From a virus (lineage: Duplodnaviria; Caudoviricetes): a stretch of 64,000 bases of DNA. This document shows, piece after piece, positions 11,014 through 22,460 of the stretch (the stretch's first letter is position 1; every line of letters begins with the position of its first letter). The DNA lies in IMG/VR virus record IMGVR_UViG_3300033121_001553, positions 122,820-186,819 of that record. One strand, 5' to 3'. Under the pieces are notes generated by a model that searched no databases, was not told the DNA's origin, and was given only the letters and a program-made list of their open reading frames with translations. A program made the translations under genes and the position numbers.

Positions 11014-11265
11014 TCACTTATTTTCTATTGTATCAATAAAAACCAAGCTATTACTAGTGTAGTGCAATTCAGCTTCTCGAATAGACTCAGTAATGTCTCT
11101 TGACATTTCGATATTATCAAGATTCAGCGCGATGAGACGCATGATGAACGTAAGCTGCTGCTGACTCAGATTCATGTCAATAATTCTTCGAACTATCTCT
11201 CTGCAGACAAGTAGATCTTGTGCCTGTTTATCAGCTTGTGATTCACCGTAAATTTTTTCGCTCAT
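11014..11265 (-). CDS. hypothetical protein
   Basis: 83-aa ORF, ATGA-coupled. Confidence 0.7.
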   Translation of the reverse strand: MSEKIYGESQADKQAQDLLVCREIVRRIIDMNLSQQQLTFIMRLIALNLDNIEMSRDITESIREAELHYTSNSLVFIDTIENK

Positions 11266-11726
11266 TCTACAATCTCTTTTGTCGACTTATCAACAATTTT
11301 TAGCAAAGTTTTACCTATTACATGCAAAAGTTTTACGTTGACATCAGATTCGAATTTTTCTTTTGTTAGAACAACAACAGAACCCCATAGCTCATTTTCG
11401 AGTATGAATGATACCTGTTGCCACGTTGCAAGATCAACATCATACTTCTCAAGAATGCTTGCATATTTCTCGTTCATTGTTTGCTTGATATCATCAACTG
11501 TTATTGACGACTTCAAGTCTTCATTCGCTAGTATTTTAGATTTATTGATTTCTATAATTTTATGAACAATACCGCAATTATTGCATTGCGCGTATGACTG
11601 CTGTACGTTACCATCGTCATCTATTACTGAGAATACGGCGAACTGATGTGCTGGCGGTGACGACTTCCCAACGTACTGACGCATAACGCATCTACATTGA
11701 ACATGATGCTTTACACCTGATGGCAT
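11262..11726 (-). CDS. hypothetical protein, putative Zn-binding
   Basis: HHVQCRC and QCNNCGIVH motifs. Confidence 0.7.
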   Translation of the reverse strand: MPSGVKHHVQCRCVMRQYVGKSSPPAHQFAVFSVIDDDGNVQQSYAQCNNCGIVHKIIEINKSKILANEDLKSSITVDDIKQTMNEKYASILEKYDVDLATWQQVSFILENELWGSVVVLTKEKFESDVNVKLLHVIGKTLLKIVDKSTKEIVE

Positions 11727-11768
11727 GTTACAAATTTACGAAATACATTCGTATACGTTCAAAGAAAT

Positions 11769-12026
11769 TTACTTTTTTTTAGCTTGCTGTTGCGCAGCCT
11801 TCTTTTCTGCTGCAACCTGTTTCTGGTAGTGATTCACGGCTTTAGAAGATGTTTCATCAAGTGAAGCGTTAATCATCAAAAGTAGCTTCTGCAAATCATT
11901 TTTTGTCATTTTACTTTCATTGCTAAAAGCTTCTGAGACGCACTTAATCACTGCACGCCCTACGCCATCTTTCGCGCTCTCGAATGCATCTACAAACTGA
12001 CGTTCTACTGAGTTATTTTTTGCCAT
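11769..12026 (-). CDS. hypothetical protein
   Basis: 85-aa helical ORF in series with its neighbours. Confidence 0.7.
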   Translation of the reverse strand: MAKNNSVERQFVDAFESAKDGVGRAVIKCVSEAFSNESKMTKNDLQKLLLMINASLDETSSKAVNHYQKQVAAEKKAAQQQAKKK

Positions 12027-12070
12027 ACGTTATATGTAATCTTTGTTACGAGACAGTAAAGGTCGCATTG

Positions 12071-13138
12071 ATGAAAAACGCATCTAGTTTGCACGAAAGA
12101 TACAGCATGTCAAAACCTGTGACGCTTGCTGAACGACACAACGCTATTACGCTGATTGAAGCTATAGACAAGCAGAAAATTCAAATGATGAATTCTTCAC
12201 TTGCAAAACTTGAAACAGCAACAAAAAATGTAAAAAGCGATGAACTTACATCGCTTATCAACTTGTGTAGACAGCGAATGATGTCAACGATAAATTCACA
12301 AAAAGAATTTGGCAACGCGTACAATAGCACACTACGTGCCCTTGAAGTCGTAAAAGATCTAATGTCTAGTTACGTAGAAATCATAAAGCCAATCGTTCAA
12401 AAATTCCCAGACTCAGAAACTGTTGCTGCTGCTCTACAGTCGGCAGGACAATCGCCAGAACAGCTGACGCAGATGCTTACACAGGCATATCCGAAGTTCA
12501 GCGGTTTCAACGATGGTCCTGTTAGCAAAATAATGAATTTTCTTCGCGGTATTGGAAAAGATTCGCAGATCGAGACAGCAATACAATCGCTAACGAACGA
12601 TCTAGGCGGATTCGTAACGGGTCTCATGCAGCTAGGTCCACAAGATGCTGCAAATTTGCTAAAGGTCGCATCTGACGTTGAAACTGCTGCTGCTAGCGCT
12701 GCTTCTGGAGCTCAGCCGACTACACCTACAAATCCAACAGCATCAACTACGAGCGCAACAACAACAGCTGGAACAACTGGAACTGAACAGACTACTGGGG
12801 CAGCTCAGCAAACTGGTACCAGCGCTAGCGCTGCCCCAGCGTCTGCAGAAGCTCCCGCTGCGGGCGGTGGCGGTCAACAAACTTTGATGCAAAGATTCGC
12901 CGCTAGACAAGGTACGCAAGGACCAGCTGCTCCTGCTGCAGGCGGTGGTACAGCGCAACCAGCCGCAGCTGGTCCCGACAATCAAAAAATTTCTAGCATT
13001 GTTAAAATGCTGAATGATGGTAATGGCATTACTCCATCTACGCTTGGAATAGCGATCAACAGTGGCGCAACTGATGCAGAACTTGGTGCGGCTATTAAAG
13101 CTTACATTAAGGAAAAGGGAAGACAGAAGCGTCGCTTA
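12071..13138 (+). CDS. hypothetical protein with Ala/Thr/Gly/Gln low-complexity region (possible internal head protein)
   Basis: Start ATG 12071; first in-frame TTA at 13136-13138 (standard stop 13198 overlaps the convergent gene by 97 nt). Confidence 0.7.
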
Positions 13139-14091
13139 CGTAGTTCATTTGCAAGAACGCGTAGCCCTTTGTCTAGCTGGCCTCTTCTGTATATGTGAAG
13201 AGGTCCGCTTTTAATATCTATTTTTACACGTCTTGTTGACAAGTTGCGTATTCTTGATGTTAGGATCTCGTCTGTGCCATCGTTGCATTCACGTAGTCTG
13301 CTGATGAGTCTTGCAACAAGCTGTTTTGCATTACGTCTACAGTCGTAACTTGCAAATGTTACAGTTCCATCTGGTACCAAAATAACATCTTTGACAGCAA
13401 CAGCTGTCTCTGGATCCCAAGATGATACAAGCTGGCCTGTCGCAGCTGTTACTGGTTCAATTTTCGTAACCTCGCACAGATCATGTAGATCGTTCAATCG
13501 CAAAGCTTCTGGCAAAAATGTCATCGGATACACAAATGTTGTGCCACGAGCGTTATTAACATGGGCTGTCTGAAATACGTCTGGATGTATTGTGTGAGCA
13601 ACTATCACGACAGCGTCTCTTGTCGCGCTAGAATACTGGAATGCTCTATCGACTTCTGACACTGACTCTATCGCGCCGTCAACGATCAAAAATTTAGCTG
13701 ATGTTAGCGTTCGTTTTTCTTGCTGTGTACTAATGAATTTCAGCGTTAGCCCGTCAGCAACTGTGACCATGTCGCCCACCTTTGACTCGCCAACCTCAAA
13801 GATAGCGTGTAGACCACCCAGAGCCAATGCAGAAAAAAATAGATCGCTGACTGTGTCATCAACCTCATACTCTGCTTCAGAATTTTTTCCCGTTATATTC
13901 TGAAGCAGAGTGCCAGGGTGTAGCTGCTCAATTGAAAATGCATCAGCGATTTTCATTTTCCACTCGTTTGTGTCTTCGCTGAATGGACCTGTGAGAAGCA
14001 GAGCATTGTCTGCGGTGCGTATAGCACCGCGAGCGTAAATTCCGTTTGACTCACTGATAAGTTCGAGTGCAGTTTTTTTCTGTTCATTCAT
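13108..14091 (-). CDS. divergent GroEL/chaperonin-like protein (apical and intermediate region)
   Basis: LIVDGAIESVSEV..VVIVAH..VNNARG..LHDLCEVT..GQL..RIRNLS..KIDI aligns by eye with the GroEL apical domain; no GDGTTT motif. Confidence 0.65.
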
Positions 14092-14456
14092 TTTCCGTAG
14101 AATTTGAATATAACCTGAACAAGTATCGAGATCACAACATTTGCCATAACGGCGAATACGATTCCTTGCGCATGAAATTTTTCAACAACTCTCATTCGCT
14201 GCTCATGTTCTTTTATCGTTTCATCATGCTTGTTAACGTCATGTTCAATACTATTATGTGATTTCTCAATTTTACGTATACGCTCATCGATGTCATCGAC
14301 TTCGTCTCTGATCGATGGCCAATCGTTCTGCAAGAACATTTGAACGCGTATACGTTGTTCTTCATTCTGTGAGACAAGCTTATCGATCGATTCTTTTATA
14401 CCAACGATCGATCTTACAGCGTCCTTGATCTCATTAATGTCTTTGTCTTGTGCCAT
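14088..14456 (-). CDS. coiled-coil protein with C-terminal TM helix (holin/XhlA-like)
   Basis: Heptad-rich body then GIVFAVMANVVISILVQVIF. Confidence 0.55.
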   Translation of the reverse strand: MAQDKDINEIKDAVRSIVGIKESIDKLVSQNEEQRIRVQMFLQNDWPSIRDEVDDIDERIRKIEKSHNSIEHDVNKHDETIKEHEQRMRVVEKFHAQGIVFAVMANVVISILVQVIFKFYGK

Positions 14457-14663
14457 CCGTACGCGCTCCAATTTCGATCTACGAAAATAGATAGCGGCAT
14501 TAAATTAGATAGATCACAAGCAATTAAATTATTCTTAAGATCTTAAGATAGACGCATTTTCTATGTTGTAAAATTGAATTGATCAACTTCCGCTTAAGCT
14601 TTAAAGAAAATGATCTTGAATTAAGTTGTAAACATTTAAGAGAATTGATTAAATCTCTCTTAA

Positions 14664-16556
14664 ATGAATTCTGAAATTGTATTCGTTGCTGACGTTTTCG
14701 CAAACGAATTTATCGGTGGAGCTGAGTTGACAACGCAAGCGTTGATCGACAGCTGTAAATTTACTTACACACGCGTACACGCTAAGGATGTAACAGCTCA
14801 GCTAATAGAGCTAAATAAGCACAAATATTGGATTTTTGGGAACTGCTCATCACTTAATTTTGACTTGTTTCCATTGATTATCTCGAATCTGAGATATTCA
14901 GTTCTCGAGTACGACTACAAATATTGCAAGTACAGAAGTCCAGAAAAACATCAAGCGACAGAAGGACGTTACTGTAACTGTCATGACACGATTCACGGGC
15001 AAACAATTGCAGCATTTTTTTACGCTGCAAAGTCAACATTTTGGATGAGTGAAGCGCAGCAAGACAGGTATACAACGAAATTTCCATTTCTAATGGAAAA
15101 GAAAAATATCGTACTATCGTCAGTATTCGATGATGAGTTTTTCGCTGCTGTTAAAATTCTAAATGAAAGATACAAAGATCACAATAGAACCAAATGGATC
15201 GTGCTAGGCTCAGATTCCTGGGTGAAGGGGTATTCAGCAGCAAAGCAGTATTGCGATTCAAGGTCACTAGATTACGAAGTCATATCTGGAGTAGCTCCAG
15301 GAACGATGCTAGATATTCTTGCGCGTGCAAAAGGGCTCGTGTACCTACCAAATGGCCCAGATACATGTCCAAGACTCGTAATAGAAGCAAAATTGCTTGG
15401 ATGCGAGCTAGTGCTAAATGACTACGTTCAGCATCGATACGAGAGTTGGTTCGATACAGACGATAAGCTAGCAATTACAGAGTATCTGTACTCAGCAAGA
15501 GATACTTTCTGGAAGCAGATCGAAACTGACATGAGCTGGCAGCCAAAACTCAGTGGTTACACCACGACGTACAACTGCATCAAACAGAATTACCCATTTG
15601 TTCAAAGCATCGACTCGATGCTAGGATTCTGTGACGAGATCTGCGTCGTCGATGGAGGATCGACGGATGGTACGTACGAGACGTTGCTCAGGCTAGCTGC
15701 GGAGACAGTCGTACAGGATCCTAAGACAGGTGAGCCTGTCCTCAAGATCAGGGTCAAACAAATCGAACGTGACTGGAAATCACCAGGATTTTCAGTTTTC
15801 GACGGTATGCAGAAGGCAGAAGCACGCGCAATGTGCAAAAATGAATTTCTATGGCAGCAAGATGTCGATGAAATCGTTCATGAAGATGACTACGATAAGA
15901 TCAAGAAGCTAGCAGCATCAATGAATGCTGGACTAGAGCTTGTTTCGTTGCCTGTTATTGAATACTGGGGCAGCGCTGATAAAGTCCGTATCGATGTTAC
16001 TCCGTGGAAATGGCGTCTCAGTAGAAATAATCGTAACATAACGCATGGCGCACCTGCAAATTTGCGTGTTTATGGAAAAGATGGCAAGCTTGAGAAATTT
16101 TTGCCCGGAACAGACGGCTGCGATATGATCTACGCTGATACAGGTCAGCCGGTGCCGCATGTAACATTTTACGATGCAAAAGCAAACTCTTTGCGTAGTC
16201 ATGCATTGTCTGGTAATGGAATGGCGTTGAAGCAGTATGAAGAATGGTTCAACAGCGCAGTAAATGAACTTCCATGTGTATTTCACTACAGCTGGTTTGA
16301 TATCAAAAGAAAAATAAAGTTGTACAGAGACTACTGGCTAGATCACTGGTCAGATATGTACGAACGTCGCAAGGGCGATAATCTTTTCTTTGATAAACCA
16401 TGGAATGAAGTAACAGACGAAGAGATACACGAACTTGCAATTAAGCTTGCAACTGAAACTGGTGGGCATGTGTTTCATTCTCGTTGGAGTGGTAAACGTA
16501 CTCCTCACATTAAAGTGAACAGAACGCAGCCAGCGATTATGTTGTCAAGTAAATGA
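14664..16556 (+). CDS. two-domain glycosyltransferase (GT-B-like plus GT2)
   Basis: GGAELT and DTCPRLVIEAKLLGC (GT-B acceptor-type motif); C-terminal VVDGGSTDGT..QQDVDE (GT2). Confidence 0.85.
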   Translation: MNSEIVFVADVFANEFIGGAELTTQALIDSCKFTYTRVHAKDVTAQLIELNKHKYWIFGNCSSLNFDLFPLIISNLRYSVLEYDYKYCKYRSPEKHQATEGRYCNCHDTIHGQTIAAFFYAAKSTFWMSEAQQDRYTTKFPFLMEKKNIVLSSVFDDEFFAAVKILNERYKDHNRTKWIVLGSDSWVKGYSAAKQYCDSRSLDYEVISGVAPGTMLDILARAKGLVYLPNGPDTCPRLVIEAKLLGCELVLNDYVQHRYESWFDTDDKLAITEYLYSARDTFWKQIETDMSWQPKLSGYTTTYNCIKQNYPFVQSIDSMLGFCDEICVVDGGSTDGTYETLLRLAAETVVQDPKTGEPVLKIRVKQIERDWKSPGFSVFDGMQKAEARAMCKNEFLWQQDVDEIVHEDDYDKIKKLAASMNAGLELVSLPVIEYWGSADKVRIDVTPWKWRLSRNNRNITHGAPANLRVYGKDGKLEKFLPGTDGCDMIYADTGQPVPHVTFYDAKANSLRSHALSGNGMALKQYEEWFNSAVNELPCVFHYSWFDIKRKIKLYRDYWLDHWSDMYERRKGDNLFFDKPWNEVTDEEIHELAIKLATETGGHVFHSRWSGKRTPHIKVNRTQPAIMLSSK

Positions 16557-17455
16557 TAACGATTGCAATAGTCTCGCACAATAGAGCAAAATACTTGCTA
16601 GCATTGCTTCGCAGCCTTGATCCAAAGTATCTCGTTGATCAAGGCTGCGAAGTGATCGTGGTTGATAACGCGTCAGTCGAAAAAGAGATCGAAGCAGCAC
16701 TTTCATTCGAATGTGTGAATGTGATCAGGAGAACAGACACCCCAGACTGGATCAACGATGAGTACATTGCAAAAAATATTGCGATTAAGGCTGCAAAGCA
16801 TAAAACAATTTTGTTTTTGCAAGATGACATGCAACTGTTGTTTGAGCCAAGAGCGCTCCTGTTCGCTGCGCAGCAATTTGAACAGTTGAACGTGAATTCT
16901 GTTTCGCTTACTGCTGCGAGAGGTACGACAACAGACGCGATGCTAGACTATAACGACGTAAAGAAGTACAAGAATTTCGTTACATATCATATAGCAGACG
17001 ATCATATATGCACAACAGGATTCTTCAGAAAAGAGCTATTTGACAAAGTTGGGTTGTATGTTGAAGATCATGCAACGTCTGCAACTAACTGGGGGAAGTC
17101 AGAAGATGAGTTTAATTTCAGAGCTCATCAGATACTGGGAACTGGTCAGTCGTATCATGCTAAAGTCCCGCTGTTCGCATCCGTATGGAACGATCCACGT
17201 GGCGGTTACGCTATTATGAGAGATGGTAAGCGTCATGGACACTACACCGATCCAGTAAGCGAAACAGGTCTTTACTACAAGCAGCACACCATAAATAACT
17301 GGATTTTCATGAATGCGTACACAGGTCAAAAACGTTACACATTTACTAGTGTTGCATCTCCGCTTGGTTGGACATACAAAACTGACTCTAGCGGAGAACA
17401 GTACAAATTTCCACAAAAACAGCTTATAGTAGAAGGCCCGTCAACGCTACCATGA
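16553..17455 (+). CDS. glycosyltransferase family 2
   Basis: IAIVSHNR..VIVVDNAS..LFLQDD; WGKSED. Confidence 0.85.
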   Translation: MITIAIVSHNRAKYLLALLRSLDPKYLVDQGCEVIVVDNASVEKEIEAALSFECVNVIRRTDTPDWINDEYIAKNIAIKAAKHKTILFLQDDMQLLFEPRALLFAAQQFEQLNVNSVSLTAARGTTTDAMLDYNDVKKYKNFVTYHIADDHICTTGFFRKELFDKVGLYVEDHATSATNWGKSEDEFNFRAHQILGTGQSYHAKVPLFASVWNDPRGGYAIMRDGKRHGHYTDPVSETGLYYKQHTINNWIFMNAYTGQKRYTFTSVASPLGWTYKTDSSGEQYKFPQKQLIVEGPSTLP

Positions 17456-18207
17456 AAAATAATAGATTTGTTTTTATTGCACCAATGTATAATGCGTCGA
17501 AAACGCTTCCACGTATGCTTCATTCGATATGTGGACAGTCGTACAGCAACTGGAAGCTTTTTCTTATTGATGACGTATCAAACGAAAACGAATGTCGAAA
17601 AATAGAAGCGATAATTGACTCTTTTGAAGATACGCTTATTACATGTAATGAAGAAATAAAAATTAACGTATACTGGAACGGTAAAAATGGACGTGGTAAG
17701 CAATGGGAAGTTTCAAATGTGCTGTACGGCGTATCGATGTGCGAAGACGATGACATCGTATGTAGAATAGACGCAGATGACTGGCTAACAGATCTGGACG
17801 CTCTTCACATCATAAATTACTTCTACAATGAGCTATCATGTGACACGTTGTGGACATCACATCGTTGGTCATACACAGATAAAAATATTTCTGCCCCAAT
17901 GCCAGATACAGCCGATCCATACAGCTATCCATGGGTAACAAGTCACCTAAAAACGTTCAGAAAGCATCTTCTGAATAGCGTAAATGACGTTAATTTTCGT
18001 GGACAAGACGGTAAATACATAAAAAGAGCAGGTGATCAAGCGATTTATCTGCCAGCATTGAAAAATTCAAAAAAACGTGTATATTTGCCAAGAGTAATGT
18101 ATCATTACACAATAGATGAACAAAATGGTGCTGTTTATCAAACAGATGACGCAAAATTTCAAAAAAGCGAAGCTGACTTCATAAGAGCCAGGGGATACGT
18201 CAAATGA
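17452..18207 (+). CDS. glycosyltransferase family 2
   Basis: IAPMYNA..LIDDVS..RIDADDWL. Confidence 0.9.
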   Translation: MKNNRFVFIAPMYNASKTLPRMLHSICGQSYSNWKLFLIDDVSNENECRKIEAIIDSFEDTLITCNEEIKINVYWNGKNGRGKQWEVSNVLYGVSMCEDDDIVCRIDADDWLTDLDALHIINYFYNELSCDTLWTSHRWSYTDKNISAPMPDTADPYSYPWVTSHLKTFRKHLLNSVNDVNFRGQDGKYIKRAGDQAIYLPALKNSKKRVYLPRVMYHYTIDEQNGAVYQTDDAKFQKSEADFIRARGYVK

Positions 18208-19124
18208 AAATTTACGTTCTTGCGCCAAAAGAAGATTGGATCTGTGATAGATTCGTAAAAGAGTGGTCGCAAGATAATACTGATATCACAACCGACAACA
18301 TTCATGATGCAGATATCATATGGCTGCTTGCTGACTGGTGCTGGAATCAAATCAGTCCACACATACTTAGATCGAAAATCGTCGTAGCGACAGTTCATCA
18401 TCTTGTTCCATCAAAGATGACATATCGAGCACGTAAAGAATTTGCTGAACGTGATGAATACATTGATCTATACCACGTACCGAATGTTCATACTAGACTT
18501 CAAATACTTGAGCTTACAGAAAAATCGAAATGCACAATTCCATTTTGGGCAAATCAAAAAATCTGGAAACGCACTAACGATAAAAAGACACTTAGAAAAA
18601 AGTATGGAATTGATGAAGATGCGTACATAGTCGGTTCATTTCAACGAGATACAGAAGGTAGCGATCTCGTAACTCCAAAATATGAAAAAGGTCCGGACCT
18701 GTTGGCTGACTATCTTGAGAAGATAAAGTCAGATAATCTTCATGTGCTTCTTAGCGGTTGGAGAAGGCAATACATCATAAAGCGCATCGAAGATGCGGGA
18801 ATAAACTACACATATATTCAGCTTCCACAGCAGCATGTGATCAATGAACTTTATCAAACGCTTGACCTGTATCCTGTCACTGCAAGATACGAAGGTGGAC
18901 CACAGTCACTTGTAGAATGCGGAATGCTTAATGTTCCTGTCGTATCAAGAGACGTAGGCATTGCAAGCGTTGTGCTGCCAAAAGAAGCAATTAACGATGA
19001 TGTTTCGCTTGCTACACCAGCCATACCAAATGTAGCTGAGCTTTTGCTTCCGCTTGGATACGACAAATTCAGAGAGATGTTTTACAATCTTTACTCAAGT
19101 ACTACACGATATGAAAAGATTTTA
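18204..19124 (+). CDS. glycosyltransferase family 4 (GT-B)
   Basis: EKGPD, RYEGGPQSLVECG..PVVSRDVG; first TTA at 19122-19124 (standard end 19268 overlaps the next gene by 158 nt). Confidence 0.85.
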
Positions 19125-19353
19125 TCTTCAAAGAGACGCAGATCACTCAGGCGTATCTGGCACCGGGAAAGTAGCAGAAGGCTGTCAGTTCGATACAAAG
19201 TGGTGTGCGTTGATATGGCTTACAGAGAAGTCATCCATGTGTTTCTACCCAGACATAGAAACGCTTGAGCATATTCATGGTCACAGCGGAAAAACAAAGA
19301 TTGTCTGGATAGATGATGAATCTTCTAACGTGGTGATTCAAAATGATAATTTA
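19111..19353 (+). CDS. conserved small phage protein
   Basis: RDADHSGVSGTGKVAEGCQF..HGHSGKTKIVW, a motif I recognise from phage hypothetical proteins; TTA 19351-19353 (standard TAG 19362). Confidence 0.75.
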
Positions 19354-20290
19354 CGTGAATAGAGAAACGATAAGAAAACCGTGGGGCGGCGGTGCACATT
19401 ACGTTAATGCGATATTCGACAACTGTAATGAAAACGTTGTTATCGACGATATAAGAACATTTCACTCTTACTCGTCTCTTCAAGCTCGTGGTGATGCTGT
19501 GATGCTGTGCTGTGGACTCGATGGAGATGATAAGCATCCAGTCGTAGAAGAGATGATAAACTACAGAAATTATGTTCGTGATAATTCTAGCACTTCGATA
19601 AAATTCTGTATCAGAGTTAATGAATGTGATGCACGAAAAGGTACGGTTGGCGTTGACCAGCGTGTTATGAAAGCGATAGCAGAAGCTGATGGTGTAATTT
19701 TCGTATCAGAATGGATGCGCGACTACTACACGTCACTCGGCGCTGCTCCAAAGCAATATGCTGTTATTTACAATGGTGTAGACAACGAAATTTATCATAA
19801 AAATGATAAGCCCAAGTCTTCAAACATTAGCGTTGTAACTCATCATTGGTCGAATAACCAAATGAAAGGATTTGATATTTACGACGAACTTGACAGAGCA
19901 CTTGGTGGTGAGCTTGGCAAAAAAATTGACTTTACGTACGTTGGACGTGACAGAGGAACATTCAAAAATACAAAAGTTGTTCAACCGCTGTACGGAGATG
20001 CACTCGGTAATGAACTACGCAAGCACAACGTATACATCTCAGCGAGCAGATTCGATCCGGGACCAAATCATATCATCGAAGCGCTCGCTTGCTTCGATAA
20101 TGTGTACGTCCACGCTGACGGTGGTGGATGCGTTGAATTTGCGGGAAATGATGCTACGTACAGAACGTTTGAAGAACTAGTTAACATGATACTGTCAAGA
20201 AAGTCAAATGCTAACGCAAAAAGTTTTGGTAGCTGGGAACAATGCGCAAAACAAACCTTCGAATTTCTTAAATTGGTATCTACGAAATGA
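19343..20290 (+). CDS. glycosyltransferase family 4 (GT-B)
   Basis: PWGGG, FVSEW, IYNGVD, SRFDPGPNHIIEALAC. Confidence 0.85.
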   Translation: MIIYVNRETIRKPWGGGAHYVNAIFDNCNENVVIDDIRTFHSYSSLQARGDAVMLCCGLDGDDKHPVVEEMINYRNYVRDNSSTSIKFCIRVNECDARKGTVGVDQRVMKAIAEADGVIFVSEWMRDYYTSLGAAPKQYAVIYNGVDNEIYHKNDKPKSSNISVVTHHWSNNQMKGFDIYDELDRALGGELGKKIDFTYVGRDRGTFKNTKVVQPLYGDALGNELRKHNVYISASRFDPGPNHIIEALACFDNVYVHADGGGCVEFAGNDATYRTFEELVNMILSRKSNANAKSFGSWEQCAKQTFEFLKLVSTK

Positions 20291-20721
20291 AAACAGCAAA
20301 AGTACCAGTTACAGACTACTACGGTTATCCACCAAGCAAGTTCGAAGGTCTTGTTGAAGATCTGATAGCGAAGAGGCTACAAGAGCTTGTCGAAGATGGA
20401 GTTACATTCGATGTAAACACGTCAGCCGTAATATCAAATCGTGAGTTGTGCAGCAGGGTTTATCTGATCATTCATGGCGTTATAGAAGAATGCCTGCAGA
20501 TCTGTAAGCTTGAGTCAACACGTGAATGCGTAGGTTACATCGTTCAGTCGTATTACAGCTCAATGCAAATAAACGATGCATTTTATTTTGATAAATCAAT
20601 AATAGAGCAACGTATTACAGTTGAAGATGTTCAAACTGCAGAGCTTAAAAAATTCGGTCCACTGTTTAGAGATGCTGACTTTGGAGTCGACATGATAAAT
20701 GAGCTCAAGAGACGTAACTGA
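20287..20721 (+). CDS. hypothetical protein
   Basis: 144-aa ORF, ATGA-coupled. Confidence 0.7.
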   Translation: MKTAKVPVTDYYGYPPSKFEGLVEDLIAKRLQELVEDGVTFDVNTSAVISNRELCSRVYLIIHGVIEECLQICKLESTRECVGYIVQSYYSSMQINDAFYFDKSIIEQRITVEDVQTAELKKFGPLFRDADFGVDMINELKRRN

Positions 20722-21464
20722 CGTAGCAAACCGTTTCCATTCGAACATTCACTTATCAACGCTGCTGTATCTATCCATCCCACTACAACGCGTGTGCCAA
20801 GTCCAGCAGCGCTAGGACCTGTATCTGTAGCAGATAGATACGGCAAACCATTTTTTTCTATTAGCTTACGTTTGCGTATTTTTACGCACTGCCCGCCATC
20901 GTCAACTTGACCTGCGTCTACGCTTGTTAGAACGTTATCATCCCACGAACATGCTATTAGTACATGTTCTAGGCCACCCTCTCCTATGATTACGATATCT
21001 CCAGGACGTGGCTTTATATCAAGTGTACGCTTAATCCAGAATTGTTTGCCGTGCTTTTTCTCTAGCGCAGGTGCTCCGTAGACTAGCTTTGAAACGTTTA
21101 CAGACACTTTCCACGCACTCATTTTTTCGTCGTCTTCGATATAGCCATTCCAGTTGTCGTCATCGCGGTTGACAATAACTGGATCTGTTACTCCGTTCAT
21201 CGACAAGATACAGTGCGCAAGATCTGCGCATGTTGAGTATCCCTTCCAGACATGTCTCCCTTCTGTAACAAAAAATAGTTTACAATTTTGATCGTATGAT
21301 GCATTTTTTGACTGAGATGCATCACTAAAGTACATTGCAGTATTGATAACATTCTCTGAGATTCCTTCACCTGAAAGCGAACGCGGATCGACATGATCAA
21401 ATTTCGATGTAACATTTTCAACTATTTCTTGACGTTTCGCTATCCAGTCATTGTACGTTATCAT
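20715..21464 (-). CDS. putative NlpC/P60/CHAP-like cysteine hydrolase
   Basis: YSTCADLA (Cys), PRPGDIVII..EHVLI (His), SVDAGQ; AGGTG SD; TTA 20715-20717 (standard end 20631). Confidence 0.6.
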
Positions 21465-21490
21465 TTGATCACCTTACCTTTAAGTATTCA

Positions 21491-22435
21491 ATGAAGATAC
21501 TCTTTTCAAACGTAAATTTTGGATCTCGCACAGGACCAAATACATTTGCAATGCGACTTGCGCTGCAGCTAGGTAATATGGGTCATGTTATCGCAGATCC
21601 AAATGACTATGATGTTGAGCTAACATTTATAGAAAATTCAGCCGGTAGGCTGAGTAGACCAGTTGTGCAAAGACTGGACGGTATCTGGTTTAAGCCCGAT
21701 GAGTATCATCTTAATAGCAGAATACAGTCGCTTTATAAGTCTAGTGACTATGTCGTGTGGCAGTCAGATTTTGATCGTCGCATGACAATAAAGCATTTTG
21801 GTGAAAAAATTTCCGGTGTCGTCATCAGTAATGGGTATCCGCTAAATAATGTGTCTTCGACTGTATACGAGATACACGAAGAAATTTTCAATCTAAAAAA
21901 CGAATATGACGTTATCTTCTGTTCATCTGCGAATTGGCATCCACAAAAACGTCTTACTGCAAACTACGATCTTTTTAAACTATGCGAAAAGCAGCTACGT
22001 AGCAACGGTAAGAAAGCTGCGTACATCATCATGGGTTCATCACCAGATATACGCATATCAGACAAAAATGTATTTTTTACTGGCAATGTAGAGCACGATG
22101 TGTGTTCATCTGTATACAGAGTGTCAGACTACATGATACATCTAGCGTGGCTTGATCACTGTCCAAATACAGTCGTCGAAGCGATAGCGCATGAATGTCC
22201 TGTCATATGTTCAAGCAGCGGTGGTACTCATGAGATTGTTAGTCCGTCTGGCGGTATAGTGATACAAGATGCAGACTACGGATTCGAGCTAATGAACTAC
22301 GATCGACCACCAAACATAGACATATCAAATTTCGTACTTCCAGCAGAAAAACCAAAAATCAACGCTGCATGCATTGACATTGTGAATGTCGCTAAGAAAT
22401 ATGAGCTTGTGTTCAATAAATTGTGTAATAAGTGA
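21491..22435 (+). CDS. glycosyltransferase family 4 (GT-B)
   Basis: QRLDG, WQSDF, HLAWLDHCPNTVVEAIA..PVICSSSGGTHE. Confidence 0.88.
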   Translation: MKILFSNVNFGSRTGPNTFAMRLALQLGNMGHVIADPNDYDVELTFIENSAGRLSRPVVQRLDGIWFKPDEYHLNSRIQSLYKSSDYVVWQSDFDRRMTIKHFGEKISGVVISNGYPLNNVSSTVYEIHEEIFNLKNEYDVIFCSSANWHPQKRLTANYDLFKLCEKQLRSNGKKAAYIIMGSSPDIRISDKNVFFTGNVEHDVCSSVYRVSDYMIHLAWLDHCPNTVVEAIAHECPVICSSSGGTHEIVSPSGGIVIQDADYGFELMNYDRPPNIDISNFVLPAEKPKINAACIDIVNVAKKYELVFNKLCNK

Positions 22436-22460
22436 ACAAAACTTATATATTGTGATAATA

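Noticed and set aside
13102-13198. Long overlaps (also 19111-19268, 20631-20721, 30228-30320, 31092-31248) as assembly chimeras or true dual coding
   Set aside because: All resolve at an in-frame TTA; the extensions look like non-coding translation.
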